A model generated the notes under the pieces. That model was not told the DNA's origin, did no database searches, and saw only the letters and a list, made by a program, of their open reading frames with translations. Shown here in pieces: positions 1 through 9,553 of a stretch of 64,000 nt of DNA. The position numbers and the translations under genes are program-made. This stretch comes from Gemmatimonadaceae bacterium. Its GTDB lineage: Bacteria > Gemmatimonadota > Gemmatimonadetes > Gemmatimonadales > Gemmatimonadaceae. The stretch's first letter is position 1, and each line of letters begins with the position of its first letter. Where the stretch lies: the NCBI GenBank assembly GCA_014379355.1, contig JACMLX010000187.1:9037-73036 (forward strand). The letters run 5' to 3'.

Positions 1-572
1 GCGCGCACGAAGGCAGGTTCGCTGTCCACGGACCAGTAGGCAACCTGTCCTCCCGGTTTGAGCGCAGCGATGGCGGCGCGAATACCGGACTCGTTGTACA
101 GCTTGCGGTTGCTGCCGGTGGTGAACGACTCGGCGCCGTTGTCCACGTCCATCATGATTGCATCGTACGCGCCGATGCTGGTGCGAAGGACGTGAGCCAC
201 ATCCGCGTGCACGATCCTCACGCGTGGATCGACCAGCGATTCGCCGGCGAGTGCCCACTCGGGGTGTCTGTTCCACGCGATCACATCGGCCACCAGTTCG
301 GCCACGGTCACCGTGGCGTCGGCAGGCAGCAACCGCAACGCGGCCGCGAGTGTGGCGCCGAATCCGAGTCCGCCGATCAGCACGGATGGCGCCGGCGCTG
401 TGCCGAGAAGCGCACAGACCAACTCGGCCAGTCGCACCTCGGAGTGCGTGCGGCGTGTGGACATCAGCTCGATGCCGTTCACCACCATCAGATATGCGCC
501 GTCATGCCGATACAGCGTCAGCCGCGAGCCGTCCGGCGCCGTGGCCGTGGCCAGCGTCTCGGTTGGTTTCAC
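1..572 (-). CDS. spermidine synthase-like (PABS / class I SAM-dependent transferase fold) protein; C-terminus runs off the window
   Basis: Absent from the ORF track because there is no stop in the window. My minus-strand translation from GTG (570-572) reads VKPTETLATATAPDGSRLTLYRHDGAYLMVVNGIELMSTR...VLIGGLGFGATLAAAL...AYDAIMMDVDNG...ALKPGGQVAYW. This shows the glycine-rich nucleotide loop and acidic box of spermidine-synthase-like enzymes. The GTG overlaps the TGA of the upstream M20 gene (GTGA). Confidence 0.65.
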   Translation of the reverse strand, partial: MKPTETLATATAPDGSRLTLYRHDGAYLMVVNGIELMSTRRTHSEVRLAELVCALLGTAPAPSVLIGGLGFGATLAAALRLLPADATVTVAELVADVIAWNRHPEWALAGESLVDPRVRIVHADVAHVLRTSIGAYDAIMMDVDNGAESFTTGSNRKLYNESGIRAAIAALKPGGQVAYWSVDSEPAFVR

Positions 573-2044
573 TTCAGCTGATCGAGGTGCTGCATCAGCT
601 GCGAGAAGAAGGTCACCGCTGTTGCATACCCCTTCACCGACATGCGCTCGTTCACGCCGTGAATGCGCGACACGTCGCCCTGCTCGAGCGGCACCGCCAG
701 AAAGCGATACACATTCGACGAATGCGGGCCCCAGTACTTCGCATCCGTGCCGCCCCCGACGAGGTACGGCAATACCGGCACCGACTGGCCGGGTACCATG
801 CCGCGAATCGTCGAGGCGATCAGCGCGAAGGCCGGTGATGCGGGATCGGAGATCGGCGACGGATCAGTGCGGGCGCTGTCGGTCGGTACGATGCTGATCA
901 TCGAGTCCGCAATCACGTCGCGCACACGAGCCATCACCGTCTGCTGCGTTTCGCCTGGCCGGATCCGGAAGTTCACGACCGCCGTCGCTTCGGGCGGCAA
1001 CACGTTGTCCTTGATGCCCGCGGAAAGCATCGTCGGCGAAGTCGTCGTATGCAACATCGCGGCACTCGTCGGCACCCTGGCCATCATGCGCGCCACGAGC
1101 GGCCCGGTGAGCCACAGATTCGCCAGCACCATCTTCTGGCTGAACGGCGAGTACGGTGCCATGGCCTCCACCATGCCACGCGTCGGGCCATCGAGCGACA
1201 GCGGGAACTGATTCGCTTCGAGCGCCGCGATCGCGCGACTCAGTGCGCCCACCGCCGTGCGCTCCGTCGGCATCGACGAATGACCGCCCTGCGCGCGCGC
1301 CGTGAGGCGCAGCGACAGATACCCCTTCTCCGCGATTCCGACGACCGCCGCCAGGCCGCTCACGCCCGGGATCGCGCCGGTTGCCATCACACCACCTTCA
1401 TCGATCACGAGCGCCGGCTTGACGCCGCGACGGACCAGTGAATCGACCATCGCGCGTGCGCCGAATCGGCCCCCGACTTCCTCGTCGTGCCCGAACGTGA
1501 GGTACACGGTGCGCGCCGGCCTCTCGTTGCGCGACAGCATGTCCTCCACTGCCTCGAGCACGGCCAGCACCGTCACCTTGTCGTCCATCGTGCCGCGGCC
1601 CCACACGTATCCGTCGGCGACATCGCCGGAGAACGGACCGTGCGTCCATTCCCGCAGATTCGATTCCGGCACCGGCACCACATCCATGTGGCCCATCAGC
1701 ACGATCGGCGCGAGCGTCGTGTCGGCGCCGGTCCAGGTGTACAGCAGGCTCAGTGCCGACACCTTCTCGAGCGTCAGGGACGCGTGCACACGTGGAAATG
1801 CCGTGGCGAGAAAGTCGTGGAAGCCGCGGAACGCCGCCGTGTCGATCGGTCCGCCTGATGCCGTGGACACGGTCGCGAACTTGACCGCGCCGGACAGTCG
1901 CTGCGCCGCAGTCGCTTCATCCACGGCCACCATTTTCGTCGCCGCCGCCGGGCCGACCGGCGCCGGCAACATCAGCGCGCGAGCGGCCATGACACCGAGC
2001 AGGCCGACGATCACAACGAGCAGAAAAGCGAAAAGGCGCTTCAA
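569..2044 (-). CDS. M20 family metallopeptidase (carboxypeptidase/dipeptidase-like) with N-terminal membrane anchor
   Basis: This is the C-terminal ~491 codons of track ORF 569..3514; the rest is read-through over the neighbouring gene. TTG at 2042-2044 gives LKRLFAFLLVVIVGLLGVMAARAL, followed by LMGHMDVVPV, GRGTMDDK, FGHDEEVGG and GGTDAKYW metal-ligand motifs. The start codon is uncertain; an ATG at MVAVDE is the alternative. Confidence 0.85.
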   Translation of the reverse strand: MKRLFAFLLVVIVGLLGVMAARALMLPAPVGPAAATKMVAVDEATAAQRLSGAVKFATVSTASGGPIDTAAFRGFHDFLATAFPRVHASLTLEKVSALSLLYTWTGADTTLAPIVLMGHMDVVPVPESNLREWTHGPFSGDVADGYVWGRGTMDDKVTVLAVLEAVEDMLSRNERPARTVYLTFGHDEEVGGRFGARAMVDSLVRRGVKPALVIDEGGVMATGAIPGVSGLAAVVGIAEKGYLSLRLTARAQGGHSSMPTERTAVGALSRAIAALEANQFPLSLDGPTRGMVEAMAPYSPFSQKMVLANLWLTGPLVARMMARVPTSAAMLHTTTSPTMLSAGIKDNVLPPEATAVVNFRIRPGETQQTVMARVRDVIADSMISIVPTDSARTDPSPISDPASPAFALIASTIRGMVPGQSVPVLPYLVGGGTDAKYWGPHSSNVYRFLAVPLEQGDVSRIHGVNERMSVKGYATAVTFFSQLMQHLDQLK

Positions 2045-3504
2045 TTCCGTCTCCCAACGATGTCGTCGATGGCGGCCGCAAGATCCTCGACCAGCGCGTC
2101 GATCTGCGGAGCGTGTGTGCGGAAGCTTAGCACGCAGACGCGACCCACGTATCGACCGCCGGCGACCGCCCCGCTGATCATCACACGCCCGCGTTTCGAC
2201 ACATCGGTCATCAGGGCACGCGTTGCCGCATCCTCGTCGGCACGCGACGCGCCGGGCCAGGTGATGTGGAACGGAAACAGCGACAACTCCACCGGCGCGT
2301 CCATCACCACGTGCGGCAGTGCCGCGACACGCCGCGCTGCGTCGAGCGCCAGCGCGCGTTTTTCCGTGATCGCGCTGCGAAACGCATCGGCACCGAACAC
2401 CTTGATCGTGAGCCACATCCGCAGGCCCGGGAATCCTCGCGACAGGTCGGGCCCGTGCTGGCTCGGATCGTAGAACTCCGCCGCACTCGGCACGTCCGGC
2501 AGGTAGTCGGCCGTCGCTTCGTGCGCGGCGCGCAACGCGGCGCCATCGCGCACCAGCAATGCTCCGGTGCCGTACGGCAGGAACATGCCCTTGTGCGGAT
2601 CCAGCGTCAGCGAGTCGGCACGCTCGATCCCGCGCAGCACCGCTCGCGTGTCGGCACACAACTGGAAGAATGCACCGTATGCGCCGTCGACATGATGCCA
2701 CAGGTTCTCGTCGCGGCACACGTCTGCGATGGCGTCCAGCGGATCCACCGCGCCGGTGTTCGTGGTGCCGGCATTCGACACCACCATGAACGGCGTCAGT
2801 CCGTCCGCACGATCGGCGGCGATCGCGGCACGCAGCGCGTCGATCGGCAGGTGGAACTGCGCATCGCATGCAATGGACCGCACACGATCCGGCATGATGC
2901 CCGCCAGCTTCGCCGACTTGATCACGCAGTGATGCGCCTGATCCGATGTGTACAGCACGCCGGGGCGGATATCGAGACCGAGATACTTCTCGCGTGCGCA
3001 GAGTACCGCATTGAACGTCGCCATCGACCCGCCCGTCGTGAACACGCCGCTCGTGCCGACCGGCATGCCCATCCATTCCCGCAGCCACTCGAGCGCGTTC
3101 GCTTCCAGCTGCACCAGCGCGGGCGCTGCCTGCCAGATTCCGGTGTACCGATTCGTGGTGTCGGCGATGAAGTCGGCCAGCGCCGCCGGAAAGACGCCGC
3201 CCCCCGGGATGTACGCGAGATAGCCGGGCGACGGCGTGTTGAACGATTGCGGGATGTATTCGGTGAAGAGCGCGTCGAGCAGCACAGGCAGCGCAGTGCC
3301 CTCTGCCGGCGCCGGTTCCCGCATCCGGAGGCAGGCTGATTCGGCGTCGTCCACACCGTACAACGACTGCTGCGGCAGGGTCGTGATGTGCTCCACGCAG
3401 CGCGCGACGACGAGGTCCGCCATCGCGCGCATCTCGTGCGCACTGAATTCGAGATTTGTGATGCGTGCCTCGTGAGTGGGGCGGCCGGTCGACGGCTGCC
3501 ACAC
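2041..3504 (-). CDS. group II pyridoxal-phosphate-dependent decarboxylase (aromatic amino acid / tyrosine decarboxylase-like)
   Basis: 487-aa ORF with TTGGSMATFNAVLCAR, HVDGAYGAFF and SLTLDPHKGMFLPYGTG (PLP lysine in DPHK). The N-terminal LEFSAHEMRAMADLVV resembles the EFR..G..MVD start of this family. The substrate cannot be inferred from sequence alone. Confidence 0.85.
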   Translation of the reverse strand: MWQPSTGRPTHEARITNLEFSAHEMRAMADLVVARCVEHITTLPQQSLYGVDDAESACLRMREPAPAEGTALPVLLDALFTEYIPQSFNTPSPGYLAYIPGGGVFPAALADFIADTTNRYTGIWQAAPALVQLEANALEWLREWMGMPVGTSGVFTTGGSMATFNAVLCAREKYLGLDIRPGVLYTSDQAHHCVIKSAKLAGIMPDRVRSIACDAQFHLPIDALRAAIAADRADGLTPFMVVSNAGTTNTGAVDPLDAIADVCRDENLWHHVDGAYGAFFQLCADTRAVLRGIERADSLTLDPHKGMFLPYGTGALLVRDGAALRAAHEATADYLPDVPSAAEFYDPSQHGPDLSRGFPGLRMWLTIKVFGADAFRSAITEKRALALDAARRVAALPHVVMDAPVELSLFPFHITWPGASRADEDAATRALMTDVSKRGRVMISGAVAGGRYVGRVCVLSFRTHAPQIDALVEDLAAAIDDIVGRRN

Positions 3505-3529
3505 CCAATATCACGACATCACCCTGTCT

Positions 3530-4273
3530 TCACGCGACCGCTTCCGCGAATGTGTTCGCGTCGGTCACCTTGCCGTCGAACAGGTGGACCTGTCGGCCGG
3601 CATGTTTCGCGTACCGCTCGTCGTGTGTCACCATGCAGATGGTGGCGCCGTTCGCGTTCAGTTCCTGCAGGAGCGTCATCACCGCCTCACCGTTCTTCGA
3701 GTCGAGATTGCCGGTCGGCTCGTCGGCCAGCAGGATCGCCGGGTCGCCAGCCACGGCACGCGCCACGGCCACACGCTGCTGCTGACCGCCCGAGAGCTGC
3801 GGCGGGTAGTGCTTCGCACGATGCGACATGCCGACGCGGTCCAGCGCCCGTTCCACACGCGTCTTCCGATCCGCTGCCGTGAGGTCGCTGCGATACGTGA
3901 GCGGCAGTTCGACGTTCTCGGCCACCGTCAGGTCGCCGATCAGGTTGAAGGCCTGAAAGATGAACCCGATCTGTCGATTGCGAACGCGCGCCCGCTCGGC
4001 CGGTGACAGGGTCGCCACCGGCTGGCCGGCAAGGTTGTAGCTCCCGGCCGTCGGCGCGTCGAGCAGGCCGAGGATCGAGAGCAATGTGGTCTTGCCGCAG
4101 CCGGATGGACCGGCGATCGCGACGTATTCTCCTTCCTGAATCGCGAAATCGATGGACTGCAGCGCATGCGTTTCCATCTCATCGGTCATGAAGACCTTGC
4201 GGATGCCCTGCATCTCGATCAGCGGGCGGGTGGATGCGCTCATGATGGTGGCCGGCGTTCGGGGTGAGATCAC
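3530..4273 (-). CDS. ABC transporter ATP-binding protein (MacB/LolD/FtsE-like)
   Basis: Walker A GPSGCGKTT, signature LSGGQQQRVAVARA and Walker B ILLADEPTGNLD. GTG at 4271-4273 overlaps the stop of the adaptor gene. An alternative ATG start lies at 4243. Confidence 0.9.
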   Translation of the reverse strand: MISPRTPATIMSASTRPLIEMQGIRKVFMTDEMETHALQSIDFAIQEGEYVAIAGPSGCGKTTLLSILGLLDAPTAGSYNLAGQPVATLSPAERARVRNRQIGFIFQAFNLIGDLTVAENVELPLTYRSDLTAADRKTRVERALDRVGMSHRAKHYPPQLSGGQQQRVAVARAVAGDPAILLADEPTGNLDSKNGEAVMTLLQELNANGATICMVTHDERYAKHAGRQVHLFDGKVTDANTFAEAVA

Positions 4274-5514
4274 TTGAGCCGCACACGTGCGGCGGAGGCA
4301 TACGCGGACATGTCGGACAGGATGATGCGGTCACCGACGGTGAGGCCGCCGAGCACTTCGACGCTGTTGGCCGAGTTCCGACCGAGTGTGACGGCGATGC
4401 GGACGGCTTCGCGACCATCCGGCGTGAGTCGGAAGAGACTCGTCTGCCCGCCTGGCACTGCAATCGCCGGGCGGCCCGTGTAGCGCACGTTGGTCAGCTT
4501 TTCGATCTGGATCGTGCCATCGACGCTCAGGTCCGGCACGGCGCCTTGCGGGAGCGCCCCATCGAGCGCGACATCGATCGTCACACTGCCTTGTTGCGCC
4601 GCCGGATCTTTGCGGATGACATGTCCGCGCACGATGCCGTTGCGCGTGTCGACGTTCGTGACCTGCCCGATCTGCACATCCTTGGCCTGCGATTCGGGAA
4701 TGCGAAGTACCGCCTTCAGGCGACCCGGCTGCACGACCTTCGCGAGTGTGGTGCCTTCAGGCACCCATTGCCCGAGCTGCAGCGTCAGGTCCTGCAACAC
4801 ACCCGATTCCGGTGCACGGATTTCGAGCGCGCGAAGACGCGCCTGCTGATTGGCGGCGATGGCACGCAGCTGTGTCACCTGGCCCGCCTGCGTCGCCACC
4901 TGCGCGTCGATCGACTCGCGCATGAGCTGCAGGCGATCCTGCTCGACACGCAGTCGCGTCGTCATTTCGTCGGCCGCGGCGCGACGATTCGCGACTTCGA
5001 ACGTCGCGGCGAGCCGCAACTTCACCAGCGAGTCGACACCGGCCGCTTCCTGCATCGCGCTGAGATGCTGCGTGCGCGCCGTCGCGACGACCCCTTCCTG
5101 CGTGAGCACCCCGCTGCGCAGGGTGGTCTTGAGGGACAGCAATGCACTCTCGGCCTGCCGCACCTGCTGATCCGCCTGCATCGACTGCAATTGCAGGTCG
5201 GGATTCGAGAGCTCGAGCAGCAGATCGCCCGCCTTCACGACCTGTCCCGCCTGCACATGCACGCGTTCGACGCGCGCCGATGCCTGGGCGGTGATCCAGC
5301 GAATCTGCTCGGGCGCCAGCGCGCCGGGCGCGCGCACTTCCCGCACGATGTCGCCCTGACGCACCGAGTCCACCAGAATTGCCGCCCGCTCGATCGTCGG
5401 CAAGGCAGCGTCGAGACGCGAGACCGCGACGATGCCGAGGATCGCCAGCACGACGCCCGCCGCAATCAGCGCCGTGCGACCGTGTCGTTTGGGCGGTGTA
5501 CGAACGATATCCAT
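4270..5514 (-). CDS. HlyD/MacA-family periplasmic adaptor (membrane fusion protein)
   Basis: 414 aa with an N-terminal TM (TALIAAGVVLAILGIVAV), long Q/L/A-rich coiled-coil segments and C-terminal beta-rich segments. It sits between the permease and the ATPase. Confidence 0.85.
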   Translation of the reverse strand: MDIVRTPPKRHGRTALIAAGVVLAILGIVAVSRLDAALPTIERAAILVDSVRQGDIVREVRAPGALAPEQIRWITAQASARVERVHVQAGQVVKAGDLLLELSNPDLQLQSMQADQQVRQAESALLSLKTTLRSGVLTQEGVVATARTQHLSAMQEAAGVDSLVKLRLAATFEVANRRAAADEMTTRLRVEQDRLQLMRESIDAQVATQAGQVTQLRAIAANQQARLRALEIRAPESGVLQDLTLQLGQWVPEGTTLAKVVQPGRLKAVLRIPESQAKDVQIGQVTNVDTRNGIVRGHVIRKDPAAQQGSVTIDVALDGALPQGAVPDLSVDGTIQIEKLTNVRYTGRPAIAVPGGQTSLFRLTPDGREAVRIAVTLGRNSANSVEVLGGLTVGDRIILSDMSAYASAARVRLK

Positions 5515-5556
5515 GATCAGCGCTGTCCGGACCGAGAGTCACACCCGCGATGCGGG

Positions 5557-8058
5557 TCAATCATGTCGCAGCGCCTGCATCGGATCAACCAGCGCTGCAC
5601 GACGGGCCGGGATGAACCCCGCCGCCAGTGCCACGATGGCCAGGCTGACGACTGACAACGAAAACACCGACGCGTCGTAGCCCTCGAGGCCGAACAGAAG
5701 CGCGCGCGCGGCCTTCCCGATGCCGAATGCCGCCGAGACGCCGACCACCGCGCCGATCGCCGTCATCAGTCCGACCTGCTTCATGACCATGCGGCGCACG
5801 CGGGCGGAATTCGCCCCGAGCGCCATCCGCACGCCGATTTCGCGTGTACGCTGTGCCACGCTGAATGCCAGCATGCCGTACAACCCGATGCCCGCCAGCA
5901 GCGTGGCGATGATTGCGAACGCCGCCGACAATATGCTGATCATCCGATCGAGGAACACATTCTCGCGGATCTGCTGCGGCATCGACTTCAGGTCCTCGAC
6001 GGGGATGGTCGGATCGAGCTTCTTCCTCACGCCCGGAATCGCCGCCATCAGCTGCGCCGTCGGCAACGAGGATCGCACGTAGTAGTGCAGCGCACCGATG
6101 CCGTGATCCTGCCGCGCGGCGTAGTAGAACACCGGCGGCACCGTGTCCTTCACGTCACTGTACTTCATGTCCGGCACGACGCCCACGATCTGCACGTTCA
6201 GCGTGTCCGTCGGACCGCCGTCCACCATGAACTTGCCGACGGCGTCGCGTCCGAGGTTGAATTTCTTCGCGAACGCCTCGTTCACGACTGCGACCTTCGC
6301 ACCGCCGAATTCGTCCGATTCCGCGATGTCGCGACCCGCGCGCATCGGCACGCCGAGCATCGTGAAGTAGCCCGGCCCGACCTGATTGAATCGCGAATCG
6401 TTGTCCACATCAGGACCGCTGGCGAATCCCTGCACCTGCACGCCGGATCCCCAGCTCTCGCCGGACAGCAGGGGGACGCGACTCGCCGTCACACCGGTGA
6501 CACCGGGAATCGCCTTCAGCTCCTGCTCGACTCGTGCGAGATAGATGGCGGCACGGATGGTGTCCATCCCGGCGCGCACCGGCGACACCCTGAACGTCGC
6601 CAGATCATTCAGGTTCATGCCGAGGTCCACACGACTCACGTTGCGAAGGCTCTTCAGGAACAGTCCGGCCGAGACGAGGAGCGCCATCGAAAGTGCGATC
6701 TGCACCGTCACGAGCGTGGCGCGGAAGCGCGCCGCGGCCTTGCCACCAGTCAGCTGACCCGCACCCGCACGAATGACGCCGATCAGGTCCGCGCGCGTGC
6801 TGTGCATCGCGGGAAAGAGCCCGAAGATCACGCCCGTCACGAGCGCCAGTGCCGCGGTGAACACGATCACCTGCGGCTCCAGGGCGAACACGATGGTGCC
6901 GGCCGCGTCGGCAGGCATCATCGACGCAATGAAGCTGAGCGTGAGCTTCGCCACGATCAGGCTCACCACGCCGCCGATGGCCGCGAGCAGGATCGATTCA
7001 GTCAGCAGCAGCGACAACAGCTGCTTCCGACTCGCGCCGAGCGCCAGTCGCACACCCATTTCCGCCGATCGCCCTGCGCCGCGAGCCAGAAGGAGATTCG
7101 CAATGTTCGCGCAGGCGATGAGCAGCACGACCAGCGTTACACCCATCAGCAGGTACAGCGGCGACTTCGCCTCGCGGTGAATGCTGCTCTGACCGCGGCG
7201 CCCATCCTCCACCGTCAACGTCTTCGCGCGAAACTGCGTCAGCGTCTGGGCACTCATGTTCTCCTGCAGCGGTACTTCGACATCGTTCAGGATCGGTCGA
7301 TACAAGGCATTCAAGGCCACCGTCGCCTGCGCGATCGTCACACCGGGTTTCCGTCGCCCGAACACGTACATCCAGTACGACCGTCGATTGTCGAAGTTCT
7401 TGAAGCCGACTTCCAGTTCGGCGCGCATCGAGATCGGCACGTAGACCGACGGTTGCGTACCGAGTGTCGTGCCGCTGAACCCCTGCGGCGCCACACCGAT
7501 GACCGTGAACGTCTTGCCATTGATGCGTATCGTCTTGCCAATCGCGCCCGGCGACTCACCGAACGTGTCGCGCCAGAATTCGTACCCGAGAACCACCACG
7601 AAATTCGCACCGATCACCGCATCGTCGGTCGGCGCCAGCAATCGCCCCGCGGCCGGCTGCAATTGCAGCGTCGGGAAGTACGACCCCGACACCATCACTC
7701 CCTGCCCCGTCATCGGCTCGCCGTCGATCGAGAGGCTGGGTCCGAATGTCCGGTGCGCCGCGAGACCGGTCAGCACGGTCTGGGTGCGCTCGAGATCGCG
7801 GAACATCGGATAGCTGAACACCACCTCGCAGCTGCCGGCCTGCGAACATTGCGTCTGACCTGGCTTGGGACCCGGCGCGCCAAGATTGATCAACGCGACC
7901 GGATCCGGCACCGGGAGCGGCCGCAGCAACATCTGGTCGAACAGCGAGTAGATCGCCGAATTCGCACCGATGCCGAGCGCCAGCGACATGACGGCGACGG
8001 CAGTCACGAACGGGGTTTTGAGCAGCATGCGTGCTGCGAGCCGCAAATTGCGTAGCAT
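5557..8058 (-). CDS. duplicated MacB/FtsX-type ABC permease (ADOP-style)
   Basis: Start chosen at MLRNLRLAARMLLKTPFVTAVAVMSLALGIGANSAIYS, a typical N-terminus for this family. There are two FtsX-like modules: LIACANIANLLLARGAGRSAEMGVRLALGASR and LYGMLAFSVAQRTREIGVRMALGANS. The longest ORF extends to 8091. Confidence 0.85.
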   Translation of the reverse strand: MLRNLRLAARMLLKTPFVTAVAVMSLALGIGANSAIYSLFDQMLLRPLPVPDPVALINLGAPGPKPGQTQCSQAGSCEVVFSYPMFRDLERTQTVLTGLAAHRTFGPSLSIDGEPMTGQGVMVSGSYFPTLQLQPAAGRLLAPTDDAVIGANFVVVLGYEFWRDTFGESPGAIGKTIRINGKTFTVIGVAPQGFSGTTLGTQPSVYVPISMRAELEVGFKNFDNRRSYWMYVFGRRKPGVTIAQATVALNALYRPILNDVEVPLQENMSAQTLTQFRAKTLTVEDGRRGQSSIHREAKSPLYLLMGVTLVVLLIACANIANLLLARGAGRSAEMGVRLALGASRKQLLSLLLTESILLAAIGGVVSLIVAKLTLSFIASMMPADAAGTIVFALEPQVIVFTAALALVTGVIFGLFPAMHSTRADLIGVIRAGAGQLTGGKAAARFRATLVTVQIALSMALLVSAGLFLKSLRNVSRVDLGMNLNDLATFRVSPVRAGMDTIRAAIYLARVEQELKAIPGVTGVTASRVPLLSGESWGSGVQVQGFASGPDVDNDSRFNQVGPGYFTMLGVPMRAGRDIAESDEFGGAKVAVVNEAFAKKFNLGRDAVGKFMVDGGPTDTLNVQIVGVVPDMKYSDVKDTVPPVFYYAARQDHGIGALHYYVRSSLPTAQLMAAIPGVRKKLDPTIPVEDLKSMPQQIRENVFLDRMISILSAAFAIIATLLAGIGLYGMLAFSVAQRTREIGVRMALGANSARVRRMVMKQVGLMTAIGAVVGVSAAFGIGKAARALLFGLEGYDASVFSLSVVSLAIVALAAGFIPARRAALVDPMQALRHD

Positions 8059-8177
8059 CTGTCGGATCGGCGGGTGGATGTCGCAGCGCACCCGGATCGG
8101 GGGCCCAGCGGGTCTGACGTAACGGGACCGCGAATGGTTTCTCTCCGGTGCAAATCCGCACCGGGTGCCCCGTCAGC

Positions 8178-9527
8178 TCACGGAAACGGCCGTGGACGCG
8201 GCTGCGGCCACGGCCACGGATCGGTCGCGCTGCGGCCAGCCAGCGAACGCACGGCGGCCTCGCGCACCGATGGATCACTCGAGTCGAGCAGCTCGGTCAG
8301 CATCGCTTCCGAGCGCTCGCCCGTTTCGATCAGCGCGCGGAGCTGCGCCCGGCGCGCCTTCGCATTGCGCTCACGCTTGATCGCGGTCTTGAGCGCCGGC
8401 ACCGCCGCCGGATCGCGAATCTCGCCGAGCGCCCACGCCGCCTTCACGCGGATGTCGTCATCGGCATCGCCGACCGCGAGAATGAGTCCGGCCGGTGCCT
8501 TGCGCGTGTCGATGTTGCCAAGTGCCCACGCCGCGGTGGCACGCACGCGCAGATCGGTATCCTTCGCCAGCACGTCGCCAAGAACATCGGCGGCATCGGC
8601 GTTCCCGAGTTCACCGAGCGCCCACACCGCCATCTCACGCACGTTCCTGTCGCCATCACGCTGCGCAGAAATCTGCAGGCCGTTCACGCTGCTCCTGGCA
8701 TCGATGTTGCCGAGCGCCCACGCACACATCTCGCGCACATGGGCGTCGCTATCGCGACTCAGCACATCGCTGAGATCCGTCGCGGCCGCTTCCGCCTCGA
8801 GATTGCCGAGGGCCCACGCGGCCGTGCGACGCACCGATGCGACCTTGTCCTCCTTCAGCACGCGCAACAGCGCCGGAATCGCACTGGTCGAGTCGAGCTG
8901 TCCGATGGCGCCGATCGCCGCTTCACGCACCGTGGAATCAGCATCGGAGAGCACACCCAGCAACGGACGCAACGCCATGCCGTCTTCCACTCGACCGAGT
9001 GCCCACGCCGCATTGGCACGCACGCCGATCGCGTTGTCGCGCAGCACGGCAATCAGCGCCGGTGTGACCGTCTTCGGTTCGATCAGGCCCAGGCCCAGCG
9101 CCGCAGTCTCACGCACCGTGGCATCGGAATCCGACAATCGTGTCGACAGGCCGCGGGTGGCCAACTCGCCGCCTGATTGACCGAGCACGCGCACGGCCAG
9201 CGCACGCACGCATCGGTCAGTCGATGACACATGCTCGAGCAGCATCGCAACGTCCGCGTCGCCGAGTCGGCGGCTGCGCTCTTCAGTGTCGTCGGTGAGT
9301 TGCACGGCCGGCAGCGGCGTGTGCGGTGCATTCATACCACGTCCCCAACGATTGCCGACCGCGTCCGATGCCAGCGAACACACCATGTCCGGCGCACCAC
9401 GCGCTGCCGCGAGGAGGGCGCGCAGATCATTCGCGATTGCCGCCGGCAAGCGCGCGGCTTCGGCGACCGCATTGGGTGAGCAGGCGATGACCGCGCCGGC
9501 GACGAGTAGTGCAACGCTTCGAACCAT
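8178..9527 (-). CDS. HEAT-repeat (PBS-lyase-like) lipoprotein, paralog of the sensor domain of the adjacent M56 protein
   Basis: Signal peptide with lipobox (LLVAGAVIAC). About 10 repeats at ~31-aa spacing share the core (V/I)R-x2-A-x-WALG(N/E)(I/L). It ends in DPWPWPQPRPRPFP-stop. Confidence 0.8.
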   Translation of the reverse strand: MVRSVALLVAGAVIACSPNAVAEAARLPAAIANDLRALLAAARGAPDMVCSLASDAVGNRWGRGMNAPHTPLPAVQLTDDTEERSRRLGDADVAMLLEHVSSTDRCVRALAVRVLGQSGGELATRGLSTRLSDSDATVRETAALGLGLIEPKTVTPALIAVLRDNAIGVRANAAWALGRVEDGMALRPLLGVLSDADSTVREAAIGAIGQLDSTSAIPALLRVLKEDKVASVRRTAAWALGNLEAEAAATDLSDVLSRDSDAHVREMCAWALGNIDARSSVNGLQISAQRDGDRNVREMAVWALGELGNADAADVLGDVLAKDTDLRVRATAAWALGNIDTRKAPAGLILAVGDADDDIRVKAAWALGEIRDPAAVPALKTAIKRERNAKARRAQLRALIETGERSEAMLTELLDSSDPSVREAAVRSLAGRSATDPWPWPQPRPRPFP

Positions 9528-9553
9528 GGAAACTCCCGCGAGACGTGGTGAGT

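Noticed and set aside
2045-3514. Long N-terminal extensions of track ORFs (569..3514, 29421..33293, 47459..49564, 53050..55029, 14209..15873, 38218..39267).
   Set aside because: The extensions run through neighbouring genes or intergenic DNA in another frame and have Arg/Gly-rich composition. Family homology, signal peptides and RBS-like sequences begin at the internal starts used in the feature table.
6085-8055. A 656-aa plus-strand ORF antisense to the ABC permease gene.
   Set aside because: The product is Arg/His/Gly/Asp-rich with no motifs. It lies entirely opposite a gene with clear family features. Long shadow ORFs like this are expected in GC-rich DNA because stop codons are rare.
8300-9300. 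Approximately 93-nt periodicity in the DNA that could be mistaken for a tandem repeat or CRISPR-like array.
   Set aside because: The periodicity is imperfect at nucleotide level and corresponds exactly to in-frame 31-aa HEAT repeats of a coding gene. There are no identical direct repeats with unique spacers.
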